Positions 10,156-20,369 are shown, counted from the stretch's first letter. The stretch: DNA of 64,000 nucleotides from an uncultured Candidatus Rokubacteria bacterium (GCA_963758635.1 CAVWWD010000006.1:96001-160000), one strand, 5' to 3'. Numbers and translations: made by a program. Notes: generated from the letters alone by a model not told the origin.

Positions 10156-10598
10156 GCCGTCACCGCGCGGCGCGCGCGGGCCGCGAACTCGTCGATTGCC
10201 TCCTCGCCTTTCCGCTGGATGACGCCGTGCCCGAGCGCGCCGAGCTTGCCCAGCACCTGGCCGTCGGCCTCGATGCGGAGCGCCGCGCCCTCCGGGCCGG
10301 GCGCGCAGTCGAGCGTCACGCGCATCACGATCTCGGCGCCCACCAGGCGATCGCGGCCAGTGGCGCGGAGCACGAGGCGCCGCGGCGCCGCGGCCTCGAC
10401 GATCTCCACGTCCAGCGGCACGTCGAGGCTGATCGGGCCGACGCGCTGCTTCATGCGCGCGGCGTAGCGGCGCTGCGCCTCGACCTCCCGGGCCTCCACG
10501 CAGCCGGGCACGCAGCTCACCACGCGCGGCACGTCCCACAGGAAGGTCCAGACCGCCGCGGGCGATGCGGCCATGGCGACCTCGCGGACGACGCGCAC
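10152..10598 (-). CDS. CoxG/SRPBCC family protein
   Basis: VWTFLWD...CVPG, VGPI, GKLGALG. Confidence 0.8.
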   Translation of the reverse strand: MRVVREVAMAASPAAVWTFLWDVPRVVSCVPGCVEAREVEAQRRYAARMKQRVGPISLDVPLDVEIVEAAAPRRLVLRATGRDRLVGAEIVMRVTLDCAPGPEGAALRIEADGQVLGKLGALGHGVIQRKGEEAIDEFAARARRAVTA

Positions 10599-10679
10599 GT
10601 CATGCGCTCCCGGCCGGGCGCGCGCTCATGCGTCGACATCGGGCTCGAGGTGAGCCGCCGGCTGCCACGGCGGCCGCGC

Positions 10680-11687
10680 TCAGGCGAGGGCTCCGGCGGG
10701 CCGGAGCACCTCGTCGGCGATCATCTGGAGGTAGTCGATCCGCGCACGCGCTTCGCGCGGCAGGCTGTAGATGGTCACGCCGATGCGGTCCAGGCCCATC
10801 TCGGCGCCGCGGCGGATCGTCTCGACGCAGTCCTGCGGCGAGCCGTTGATGGTCCAGTCGTCGAGCGACCGGTCGAAGTCGAGCTGGAGCTCCACCATGC
10901 TCCGCTCCTGCATCTGCCAGGTCCGGTACATGGCGAACGTGCGCTCCAGGTACGCGCGCGCCGCGGCGTGCGCCTCCTCCCGGGAGCGTCCGACGATGAG
11001 GCTCCGCGACGCGCCCACGAAGCCCGGCGTGGCCACGCCCGCGGTGGCGCGGGCGTCCCGGAACACCTGGGCAAGCTTGCCCACGTCCCGCCACGCGACC
11101 TGGGGGCCGAAGAACACGCCGTCGGTGATGCGCGCCGCGCGCTCGGTCGCGCCCATGCTCTGCGCGCCCATCTCGAGCGGCGGATGCGGGCGCTGGTACG
11201 GCGGAAACCCCATGCGCCCCGCCGTGAGCCTGGTGTAGCGTCCCGCGAACGTGACCTCCTCGCCCGTCCAGAGCCGTTTCATCAGCTCGATGGACTCGGT
11301 GAGCTTGGCCACGCGGTCGCTCCGCGCGAGGCCCGCCGCCTCCAGCTCGCGCTCGCGGTAGCCGATGGCCACGCCCACATCGAGGCGGCCGTGGCAGATG
11401 TGGTCGAGCGTGGCCACGCTCTCCGCCGTCTCCACCGCGTTCAGGATGGGGAGCAGCAGCACGGAGGTCTTGAGCCGCATGGCCCCGGTCTCGGGGGCCA
11501 GCCGCGCGAGCATCGGGAACGGCTGCGGCCACACGGTGGGATGCGAGACCCAGTGCTGGCCGATCGACACCCAGCCGTAGCCCATGCGGGAGGCCGCCGC
11601 GACCACCTCGACGGCCTCGTCGATGATGCGCGTGGGCCCACGGTCGGTCGGGCTCCAGAACGGCGTGAGGTGGAAGCCTACCTTCAC
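10680..11687 (-). CDS. LLM-class flavin-dependent oxidoreductase
   Basis: GQHW, ATLDHICHGRLDVGVAIGY, QRPHPP; GTG 11687 overlaps the SDR stop. Confidence 0.85.
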   Translation of the reverse strand: MKVGFHLTPFWSPTDRGPTRIIDEAVEVVAAASRMGYGWVSIGQHWVSHPTVWPQPFPMLARLAPETGAMRLKTSVLLLPILNAVETAESVATLDHICHGRLDVGVAIGYRERELEAAGLARSDRVAKLTESIELMKRLWTGEEVTFAGRYTRLTAGRMGFPPYQRPHPPLEMGAQSMGATERAARITDGVFFGPQVAWRDVGKLAQVFRDARATAGVATPGFVGASRSLIVGRSREEAHAAARAYLERTFAMYRTWQMQERSMVELQLDFDRSLDDWTINGSPQDCVETIRRGAEMGLDRIGVTIYSLPREARARIDYLQMIADEVLRPAGALA

Positions 11688-12496
11688 CGCGCGTCCCGCG
11701 CCGCGTCCATGAGCGGCTTCTGCTGCCCGCCGTCGATCTCGATCATGGAGCCGTTCACGAAGTGCGCGAGCGGGGACGCGAGGTACGCGACGAGGTTCGC
11801 CACCTCCTCGACCTCGGCGATGCGCCCGAGCGGGATGCTCCGCGGGGCGAGCTGGTCGGCATCCTCGTAGGAGAGCTTCATGTCGCGGGCCATCGCGCGG
11901 ACGAGCCCCTCCCAGCGCTCGGTGCGCACGGGACCGGGGTTCACCGCGACGAACGTGATGCCGTGGCGACCGTACTGGCCGGCGAGGGCCTTGGTGAGGT
12001 TCTGCCCGGCGGCGTTCGCCGCGCCGGGCACGATCTCCCAGTACGACTCCTTCACGCCGTCGTTGCCGATGAGGTTCACCACGCGGCCGCCGCCCTGCGC
12101 CCGCATGATGGGCAGCGCCACCTTCAGGCAGCGCACGTAGCCCATGAACTTGAGCTGGAGCCCCTGGATCCACGCGTCCTCCGGGAGGACCTCGAGCACG
12201 CCGCCGGCGGCGGACCCCGCGTTGTTCACGAGGATGTCGACGCGGCCGAGCTCCGCGGCCGCGCCCGTCACGAACCGCTCGGCATCCTCCGTGCGCGTGA
12301 GGTCGGCGGCAATCGCCACGACCTTGCGCCCCGTCTCGGCGCGGATCTCCGCGGCCGCCGCCTCCAGCACGTCGCGGCGACGCGCGCAGATGGCCACGTC
12401 CGCGCCCTCGCGGGCCAGCGCCCGCGCGATGCCCTTGCCGATCCCCGCGCTCCCGCCCGTCACGAGCGCGGCCTTGCCCGTCAGTCCGAGGTCCAT
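11684..12496 (-). CDS. short-chain dehydrogenase/reductase
   Basis: TGGSAGIG, NNAG, VNPGPVRT, IDGG; the YxxxK motif is atypical. Confidence 0.88.
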   Translation of the reverse strand: MDLGLTGKAALVTGGSAGIGKGIARALAREGADVAICARRRDVLEAAAAEIRAETGRKVVAIAADLTRTEDAERFVTGAAAELGRVDILVNNAGSAAGGVLEVLPEDAWIQGLQLKFMGYVRCLKVALPIMRAQGGGRVVNLIGNDGVKESYWEIVPGAANAAGQNLTKALAGQYGRHGITFVAVNPGPVRTERWEGLVRAMARDMKLSYEDADQLAPRSIPLGRIAEVEEVANLVAYLASPLAHFVNGSMIEIDGGQQKPLMDAARDAR

Positions 12497-12573
12497 GCCG
12501 ATCTCCCTGTCGGCCTGGCGCGCGCGATCGCCCGCGGTGGGTCGCGGTCCGCCACGCCGGAGCCGTCGACGGG

Positions 12574-12582
12574 GTTATAGCA
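12574..12582 (-). promoter_or_regulatory. putative extended -10 promoter for the SDR-LLM-coxG-M-SL operon
   Basis: TGCTATAAC on the minus strand about 80 nt upstream of the SDR ATG. Confidence 0.4.
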
Positions 12583-12612
12583 CGCCGCCGCGGGTCCCCG
12601 CCCCGAGCCCTG

Positions 12613-12696
12613 ATGACCCTCGCAGAATGCGGGAACCGCCACGGGCCTCTACAGTCCCACTGCTCGGCATTGGTCCGATGCGCGGGGCTCGACTAA
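12613..12696 (+). repeat. repeat family A copy 1 (~77 bp, hairpin-ended; 27-aa mini-ORF MTLAECGNRHGPLQSHCSALVRCAGLD)
   Basis: Aligns with 36661-36737, 36744-36820 and 53279-53356 (reverse complement). Confidence 0.85.
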
Positions 12697-14255
12697 TTGG
12701 AGATGCTGACGTTCCAGCCCTTCGGGTACGTGAGGTCGGGACGCGTCCCCGCCCTTTCCATGTCCCGCTGGATGGCGCCGAGACGGTCGATCCATTCCTG
12801 CATCACGGCGCGGCCCCGAGGGTCCAGCGCGAGGGACGGGACGCTGGCGGTGAGGAGCATGTTGTACGGCTTCCAGGTCCCGATGATGGTGGCGACGAGG
12901 TCGAACGCGCGCCGGCAGTCCATCGGCGCGCCCGACTCGGGCGCCACCGTGGGGATGATCCAGCCGATCGTGGAGTAGTCCCACACGAGGTTGTTCAGGA
13001 CATCGTGCTCGGCGACCGACAGGTGGAGCAGCGTCGCGCAGAGCCGCGCGAGCCAGTCCCGGGAGAGGCCGTCGGCGGGCCGGCGCACGCCGTTCGGGAG
13101 GAGCCGCTCGAGCTCGTCGGCCCATTCGCCCACCTCGCGGTCCGCGCGCACCGCCGCGTCGCCGTCGTAGTAGACGCGCAGGTACGCGTCGGTGTACGCG
13201 CGCGTGGCCTCCCACACCTGCAGCACGTTGTCGCGGTACGGGTAGTCGAAGGGCGTGGTGGTCGTGCCGCGGCGGGCGAACTGCGCGGGCGGCTCGAAGT
13301 CCCACACGTCGAAGCGAGCCAGGTAGTCGTTGGCCATCCGCGCCAGCACGGCAGCGTCGTGCGAGAAGATCGTGGCCGAGAAGCCCTTCGACCCCGAGAG
13401 CTGGAACTCCGCAACCTCGCGGTTGCCGATCAGCACCGTGTGAAAGGCATGGTGCAGCAGCCGCCGCACCGGGTGGGCCGGCCCCAGCCGGTTGTTCGAC
13501 GCCAGCGCGAACGCGGTCAGCGTCGACAGGTGCGTGGAGAGATTGTGCCGGAACGTGGTCAGGTCCTCGTTGATGCCGGCCAGGAAGGCGGCCCGCGCCC
13601 GGAGGTAGTCGGGCGCGCCCGGACGGGCGACCTGGCCCGCGCCGCGATGGATGGCCATCGTCTCGAGCGCGCGGCCGCGAACGTCCAGGACCGCGGTACC
13701 GCCGGGCGGCATGAGGCCAGGCTGCGCGGGATAGGCGAGCAGCCAGGAGAGGTCGAGGAGGTACTGGTCCGTCGAGGCCGCCCGCTGCGCCTGGACGTTG
13801 TCCCCGGTGGCGCGGCGCAGGTACGAGGCGAAGGGCCCCCGGACGGCGATCTCCGCGACGACGTTGGCGCCCGGGGCGACGAGCGCACGCGGCGCGCAGG
13901 GCGGCCGGGGCCACGCCTTCCGGAAGTAGGCCGGGTAGACCACGTCGAGGAAGGCCGCCTCGTCCTGGGGGACGGGGGGCGTCGTGGCCGGGGCCATGGC
14001 CTCGGCGGTGGCGAACAGCTTGTGCGCGCGCTTCATCCGCTTGAGCCGCGGCGCAGGATCGTCGGACGCCGGGAAGTCCTCGGCGTCGTAGAGCCGGGCG
14101 ATCGGCATATCCGGAAAGGCCGTGGCGTATGGCCGGAAGCGTACCGCGCCCGGCACCGGCGCCTCGAGCGGGTACACCTTCTGGTCGCGGAAGCCGAGCC
14201 AGGTGAAGAAGGCGACGGTCTGCCGGTACATCGAGAAGCGCGTGTCGTCGAGCAT
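12693..14255 (-). CDS. lipoxygenase family protein (compact, no PLAT domain)
   Basis: HNLSTHL...LGPAHPVRRLLHHA (HxxxxH and HPxxxLL motifs), HDVLN (HxxxN), C-terminus VSISN resembling the LOX NSISI end. Confidence 0.82.
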   Translation of the reverse strand: MLDDTRFSMYRQTVAFFTWLGFRDQKVYPLEAPVPGAVRFRPYATAFPDMPIARLYDAEDFPASDDPAPRLKRMKRAHKLFATAEAMAPATTPPVPQDEAAFLDVVYPAYFRKAWPRPPCAPRALVAPGANVVAEIAVRGPFASYLRRATGDNVQAQRAASTDQYLLDLSWLLAYPAQPGLMPPGGTAVLDVRGRALETMAIHRGAGQVARPGAPDYLRARAAFLAGINEDLTTFRHNLSTHLSTLTAFALASNNRLGPAHPVRRLLHHAFHTVLIGNREVAEFQLSGSKGFSATIFSHDAAVLARMANDYLARFDVWDFEPPAQFARRGTTTTPFDYPYRDNVLQVWEATRAYTDAYLRVYYDGDAAVRADREVGEWADELERLLPNGVRRPADGLSRDWLARLCATLLHLSVAEHDVLNNLVWDYSTIGWIIPTVAPESGAPMDCRRAFDLVATIIGTWKPYNMLLTASVPSLALDPRGRAVMQEWIDRLGAIQRDMERAGTRPDLTYPKGWNVSISN

Positions 14256-14268
14256 GCGCCCCTCCTCG

Positions 14269-17114
14269 CTACTTCTCGCGGAAGGCAGGATCGGTCTCGG
14301 CGCCCTTCCGCGGCTTCCACTCGAGCGTGTAGTATTCGCCGCGGTCGCGGCCCCACGGGTCGAACGCGTTGACGACGGAGGCGAGCTCCGGCGCCAGCTC
14401 GGGAACCGTGCGCAGGAGGACGCGCTTGAGCGGCGAGACCTCCATCTCGTGGCCGTTCGGCCGGCCCCGCTCCATCACCGTGCCGTCGGGCCCGTTGTCG
14501 GTGACCCACCGGACGCCCAGGTGGCTGTAGAACTCGGGCCGGAAGCTCGACGTGAAGAACCGGTCGCTGAAGAGGCGCCGCGAGGCGTTGAGGATGAACA
14601 CCTGGAACTGCGTCTCGGAGATGGCGAAGCCGTGGGGCCGCGCGAACTCGGAGAGCCAGCCCACCACCGTGTCGACGTCCTCGACGTTGTCGACCAGGCT
14701 GCCGTCGGGCCGCCCGAGGCAGTCGTTGATCGGCGTGCCGTCCGGGTTCCGCTGGGCGGCCGTGATCACCTTCGAGGCGTCGCACCGATGCTGCCCGTAG
14801 ACCTCGCGGAGGATCCCGACCAGCCGCTCCTGCTCCGCGCGCTCCGGCGTTCCCCGGGCCAGGCGCGGATCGATGAAGTCGTCGAACGAGGTCAGCTGCT
14901 GGAGCCCGTACTGGCGGCGGAACTCGTTGAAGCGCGGGACGCCGCGCTCGCGGTCGCGGATGAGGTCGAGGGCGACGACGTCGATCTTTCCCGTCGCGCT
15001 CTGAAGGCGCGGCAGCTCCAGGCTCTGCAGGAAGTGCGGATGGTTCTGCAGCGTGAGGAGGCCCAGGCGCTGGCGTCCCATGGACAGCGCCCAGCTCGCC
15101 AGCCCCCGCTCCCGCATGGCGCCGGTGGCCCGCCCGCGGAACGTGTCCACCACCGGCACCTTGTGGCGGATCAGGTTGGGGTCGTCGTCCCAGCGGCGCA
15201 GCTCGATGAGGTCGGGCACCATCGTATGCAGCCGGTACACGGTGACGAACTCCTCGGGGAAGTTGAATGGCGAGCCGAAGTGGTTGATGCCGCCGTTGAC
15301 GTGGTCGAGGTTCTCGATGGTCCAGCGGTCGGCCTTCGCCGGGTCGTAGGTCGGCGAAGACGGCGTCCTCCTCGTAGACCCGGCTGCCGAGGCCGAAGAT
15401 CCCGGCCCCGGAGGCGAAGACCGAGTACCACTGGCCGGCCTTCTTGGCGTCGGTGGACGTGCCGAAGTTCTGGACGGTGATCTTCTCCAGAACCGCCTTC
15501 ACCCGGTCCTTGCCCTGGACGAGGCCGTGCCAGTTGGCGTTCATGCCGAGGTAGAGGGGCTCGTCGTAGAGCAGCTGCGGCGTCCACTCCGTCGTGTGGA
15601 TCTTGGCGATCTCCGCCGAGACGACGAGGCGCGCCACCTCGAAGAGCTCGTCCGCCGTGACGTCGCGGTAGCGGATGACGCTCCCGCGGCCGCGCCGGGT
15701 TGCGCAGGCCGGAGTCGGCGTCGGGCGTCGCCGCCGCCTGCGCGCGGAAGGCCTCGACGAACCGGTTGTGCTCGCGCGCGAAGACGGTGTGGTAGAAGCT
15801 CATCCCGATCGACCAGTTGTCGGGGAAGGCGGCCGCCTCCTGGCCCGCCCACTGGGGATTCATCGGGTCCGACGCGTCGAGCACGGGCAGGTAGCCGAGC
15901 CGCTCGCCCGCCCCGGCGCGCTGACCGGCGGGCACCATCAGGAACCTGGCGCGGTCGTCCGGCGCGCGCTTGACGCGGCGGCGAGACGTGTCGTCGTGGC
16001 CGTAGAGCTGCGAGGCATCCCACCACGCGGTCACGTTGTTGCTGGACGTCTTGTACGCGCGGGCGAGGTGGGTCCGGCCGCCGGCGGTGAACGTGGGGGG
16101 CGGCCCGTCCTCGGCGACGGAGGCGCGGTCGATGCGGTCGTCGGGCCGGCAGCCGAGCTGGCCGGCGACGGCCGGCGGACATCCCACCGGCATCATCTCC
16201 GGCGCGTTGGCGCCCTCCCGCAGATGGGAGAACCAGTCGTGGGTCATGAACTGGATCCAGAAGGCGGCGAGCACGTTGAAGAAGGGCGCCTTCTTGTAGT
16301 CGCAGCGCGCGTCGGGCGAGGAGCCGGGCAGGCCGCGGCCGTCGTGGCAGGTGTCGGGTCCGGCCTGGGCGCGCGTGAAGAGCTTCCTGCTGATGACCTG
16401 GGGATCGGGCGCGAGCAGGCTGAGGCGCTCGCCGTGCCGGTTGCGGGCCAGCTCGTCCCGGCCGAGCTCGGGGAACGTCGCCGCGAACTCCACGTTGCGG
16501 GCGAACGGCGTCCCGGAGGATCCCATGCGCGGGTTCTTGATGTCGTTGCAGATGCCGGTCAGCGTGCGGAAGCGGATCAGGTCGCCCTGGCAGCGCTGCT
16601 CGCCGTCTCCGCCGACCGACGCGTAGTCCGGATGGCCGCTCGGCAGGCGCATCTCGCTCCACACCTTCAGCGCGCGGCCGTCCACGCCGGCCCGCCCGCT
16701 CACGTAGTCCTGGTAGCTCCCGCTGTTGTCGAAGAGGTTGAACTTGATCAGCTCGATCCGCTGGTACTCGAGGTCGAGCAGCGCGCCGTCGATGCCCCGC
16801 CCGTTGGGGCCCAGGTGGCCACCGCGCACGCTCCAGCCGGGCACGAGGCTCGCCGTGTCGGCCGTCGCCCAGTAGTTCTGCCAGTCCGTCCACGGGGTGG
16901 CGCGCCACGCGACGGCACGGTCTCCGCCCCGGCAGCGCGCGGTCGCCTCGTGCACCTTGCCGAGGAAGCGCTCCGCGCGATCGGTGGCGATGGGGCGGAG
17001 CCCGCCCGCCACCACGTCCAGGCACGCGGACGCGTCGTCGCGCCCCGTCGTCGCGCAACCAGTGAGCAGCAGGACGAGCGAGCCGGCGAGCAGGTACCGG
17101 GAGACGTGTGACAT
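14269..17114 (-). CDS. heme peroxidase-cyclooxygenase superfamily enzyme, alpha-dioxygenase-like, predicted lipoprotein; apparent frameshifts near 15680 and 15350
   Basis: Lipobox LLTGC; WIQFMTHDW, FAREHN, IAKIHTTEWT, EEFVTVYRLH, RDRERGVPRFNEFRR and ASRRL.SDRFFT spread over three consecutive frames. Confidence 0.85.
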
Positions 17115-17376
17115 GGGGGGCCCTTTCCGCGCATGGGAGGAGATCGCCAGGGGCACGGTGCCGCGCTCGGACACGGTCGTCGGCTGGATGCTTCGCCGCT
17201 TCATCGCCCACGTCCTCCGCGCGCCGGAGTCGGATGCGCGGTGGCAGGTCGGGCGACCGCCACCGCGGAACTAGCTTACAGTAGCCGCGGTGACCGCGGT
17301 CGTCGGGAACGCGTGGGCATCGGGTGCTTCGTGGAGTCGAGCGGCGCCGCGGCCCGGCGTGCCGCGGGCCTAGCCG

Positions 17377-18378
17377 ATGCCCATCGACGTTCACGCCCAC
17401 TACATGCCGCCGGCCCTGGTGGAGCGGCTCCGGACGGAAGGCGCCCGCCTCGGCATCGCGGTGGTCGACGGCGACGCCCCCTGCCCGGCGCTGCGTTTTT
17501 CCCACGGCCTGGCCGTCCGGCCGTTCTTTCCGAAGCTCGTCGAGGACCCGACCGCGCGCATGGACGGGATGGCGCGGGCGGGGATCGATCGCCAGATCCT
17601 CTCGGCGTGGACGGACATCTTCGCCCACGGGCTCCCACCGGAGGCGGGCGCGGCCTGGCACCGTCTCCTCAACGAATCGCTGGCGGAGGTGTGCCGGCGC
17701 CATCCCGACCGGTTCTCGCTCCTCGCCTCCGGCCCGCTGCCCGACGCGGCGCGCGCGGCGCGCGAGCTCGACCACGCCGTGCGCCAGCTCGGCGCCGTCG
17801 GCGCGGTGGCGGCGACCAACGTCGAGGGCACGAACCTCGGCGAGCTGGCGATCGACGAGTACTGGGCGGCCGCGGTCGAGCTCGGCGTGCCCGTGTTCCT
17901 GCATCCCGCGCAGCCGAACCCCACGCCGCGCACGCGCCGCTTCGCCCTCAACCAGGTCGTCCAGTACCCCTTCGACACCACGCTGGCGGTGGGCTCGCTC
18001 GTGGGAAGCGGCGTGCTCGACCGGTTCCCCGCGCTCACGCTGATCCTCGCCCACGGGGGCGGGGCCGTGCCGTACCTCGTCGGCCGCTTCGACTGCATGC
18101 ACGAGCGCAGCGACCGCGCGGCCACCGGCATCGCCGCGGCGGCCCCGCCGTCCACCTACCTCCGGCGCATGTACTACGACACCCTCGTGCACGACCCCGC
18201 CGCGCTCCATTACTTGGAGCGGCGCGTGGGGATCGACCGGCTCCTGATCGGCAGCGACGACTCGTTCCCGCCCGCCGACCACGACCCGCTCGGGAGCCTC
18301 CGGCGCGCCGGCTTCGGCGCCGAGGAGATGCACCGGATCGGGGAGCTGAATCCGCGCGCGATCTTCCGCCTCGGCTGA
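17377..18378 (+). CDS. amidohydrolase_2 family (ACMSD-like decarboxylase/hydratase)
   Basis: IDVHAH, FLHP, AHGGG, YYDT, GSD. Confidence 0.88.
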   Translation: MPIDVHAHYMPPALVERLRTEGARLGIAVVDGDAPCPALRFSHGLAVRPFFPKLVEDPTARMDGMARAGIDRQILSAWTDIFAHGLPPEAGAAWHRLLNESLAEVCRRHPDRFSLLASGPLPDAARAARELDHAVRQLGAVGAVAATNVEGTNLGELAIDEYWAAAVELGVPVFLHPAQPNPTPRTRRFALNQVVQYPFDTTLAVGSLVGSGVLDRFPALTLILAHGGGAVPYLVGRFDCMHERSDRAATGIAAAAPPSTYLRRMYYDTLVHDPAALHYLERRVGIDRLLIGSDDSFPPADHDPLGSLRRAGFGAEEMHRIGELNPRAIFRLG

Positions 18379-18515
18379 GCGCCGGCGCCCGGGGGGCCGG
18401 GGCCCGGTCCCGCTCCTGTAAATGCTCGGTCCGCCGAGAGCGTCCTACGCGGTGAAGAGAGGAAGTGAACCAGACGCCTTCGGTCGCACGGAGCGCCTTC
18501 ACAGCGGAGGATGCC

Positions 18516-18863
18516 ATGAAAAAGACACTGATCGGGCTGGTAGCGCTCGGCGGAGTGGGTCTGGTGGGCGGCCTCGCGACCAACGCCACGGCCGACGCGC
18601 GGTTCGACCGGATCGACCAGCGGCAGCACGTCCAGCAGGAGCAGATCCGGCGCGGCCTCGCCGTGGGCCGGCTGACCCGCGAGGAGCTCCGGGTCCTGAC
18701 GCGCGAGCAGCACCAGATCGCGCGCCTGGAAGCCCGCGCCGAGGCCGACGGCCGCGTCACCGGCGTGGAGCGCTACCGGATCGAGCGCGCCCAGGACGCG
18801 GCCGCCCGCAACATCCAGCACTTCGTGCGCAACGACGACGACCGCGGCCGCTACCACCGGTAG
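18516..18863 (+). CDS. small secreted helical hypothetical protein
   Basis: GGAGG SD; signal peptide MKKTLIGLVALGG...; repeated GRLTREE / DGRVTGVE helices. Confidence 0.7.
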   Translation: MKKTLIGLVALGGVGLVGGLATNATADARFDRIDQRQHVQQEQIRRGLAVGRLTREELRVLTREQHQIARLEARAEADGRVTGVERYRIERAQDAAARNIQHFVRNDDDRGRYHR

Positions 18864-19039
18864 CCGGACGCCGCGGTCATCCGGCCACCCCTCCGGGCGC
18901 CGGCCACCGGCGCCCGGATTCCGTTCGACGCCCATCCCCGGCCCGGCGCCATTCGGCCGAATCGCGACGACCTGAAATCCGGGCGACGCGTTTTGACGTT
19001 GTACTCCATGCATGATGGCCTCTGGATACGTCCGAGCCG

Positions 19040-19762
19040 ATGAGCAACGGCTGGGCGCCCGGCGGTCACCTCGTTGACGGCCTCGACGAGCGCTGGCATG
19101 CTCGCGGCGTGGCCGCGGACACGCCTTCTCACGAGAATCTGCCCGATGACGAGGCCACGACGCTCGGCGACCTGTTGTACGCGGACCGGAGCCAACCGGC
19201 GGTCGCCGAAGGCGAATGGGTCACGCTCGTCCAGGCCGTCGCCACCGGTGACCAGCGCGCGCTTCATGCGCTGTACGAGCGCTCGCATCGCATCGTCTTC
19301 ACCGTGATGCTCCGGATGACGCGGAGCCGTCAGACCGCCGAGGAGCTGACGGTCGACGTTTTTCACGACGTGTGGCGACGCGCGCCGACGTACGACCGGG
19401 CCGACGGGACCGTCCTCGGCTGGATCATGAATCAGGCTCGGTCCAGAGCCATCGACCGGCTCCGGTTCGACCAGCGGAAGAAGCGCGTCTCTCCGGAGGG
19501 GGACGCCGCGCTTCCCGGCCGTTCCGAGACGAGCCCCCTGGAGGCGCTCGATCTCAAGGACCAGGGGCGCCTGTTGCGAGATGCATTGAGGGTGCTCACC
19601 CCGGACGAGCGGGCGGCGATCGAGATGGCGTTCTTCTCGGATGTGACCTATTCCGAAGCGGCGGTACGGCTGAACCAGCCGCTCGGAACGGTCAAGACGC
19701 GGATCAGGTCGGGGCTCGCGAAGCTCCGGCAGGCGCTCGGCGAGAAAGCAGGACAAGCATGA
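19040..19762 (+). CDS. ECF sigma-70 factor (start may lie further downstream)
   Basis: Region 2 AEELTVDVFHDVW...RSRAID; region 4 YSEAAVRLNQPLGTVKTRIRSGL. Confidence 0.9.
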   Translation: MSNGWAPGGHLVDGLDERWHARGVAADTPSHENLPDDEATTLGDLLYADRSQPAVAEGEWVTLVQAVATGDQRALHALYERSHRIVFTVMLRMTRSRQTAEELTVDVFHDVWRRAPTYDRADGTVLGWIMNQARSRAIDRLRFDQRKKRVSPEGDAALPGRSETSPLEALDLKDQGRLLRDALRVLTPDERAAIEMAFFSDVTYSEAAVRLNQPLGTVKTRIRSGLAKLRQALGEKAGQA

Positions 19763-20340
19763 CGTCACCATCGCCCCACCATGGCATGGACCATTCGGAT
19801 CGCGTGCTGCTATATGCGTTGCGTGCCCTGCCCCCGGACGAGACGCGCGTCGCCGAGACGCAGCTGACCGGCTGTCCGGAGTGCGCGAACGAGCTCGACG
19901 TGCTGCGCCCGGTCGTCGAGTCCTTCGTCTCCTGGCCGACCGACGTGCTGCGGCCGACGGCGTCGCTGTGGGAGCGCATCACGCAACGGGTCGCCGCGGA
20001 GACCGGCGCCGAGCCGCTCCTCCCCGCTCCCCGCCGGCCCGAGAGCCCGGAATGGAAGAACGTGGCGCCCGGAATCGCCTGCAAGCTGCTCGCGACCGAC
20101 GAGGAGAGGAACCGCGTCAGCATGCTGGTGCGGCTCATGCCCGGCAGCGACTATCCGCCGCACCGGCATGGCGGGGTGGAAGAGCTTCACATGCTCGACG
20201 GTGAGCTGATCGTCGATGAGCACACGTTTCGCCCGGGCGACTACCGCCGGGTGGAAGCCGGTACCGTCGATCGTCGCGTGTGGAGCGAGACGGGATGCAC
20301 GTGCTTGCTCATCACGTCCATCCGTGACGCCATGCTCTGA
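19759..20340 (+). CDS. ChrR-like anti-sigma factor (ZAS-like N-terminus plus cupin)
   Basis: ATGA overlap with the sigma gene; QLTGCPEC; cupin HRHGGVEE...GDY. Confidence 0.8.
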   Translation: MTSPSPHHGMDHSDRVLLYALRALPPDETRVAETQLTGCPECANELDVLRPVVESFVSWPTDVLRPTASLWERITQRVAAETGAEPLLPAPRRPESPEWKNVAPGIACKLLATDEERNRVSMLVRLMPGSDYPPHRHGGVEELHMLDGELIVDEHTFRPGDYRRVEAGTVDRRVWSETGCTCLLITSIRDAML

Positions 20341-20369
20341 AGACACGCCACGACCTCAGAGATGACGAC

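Noticed and set aside
6375..10598. Aerobic CO dehydrogenase (coxMSL/G)
   Set aside because: The active-site loop is AFRGFG rather than the form I AYxCSFR, and coxDEF are absent
18932..18962. SigK-like promoter CCATCC...CCGAAT upstream of the ECF gene
   Set aside because: The 19-nt spacer is longer than expected, so it cannot be supported
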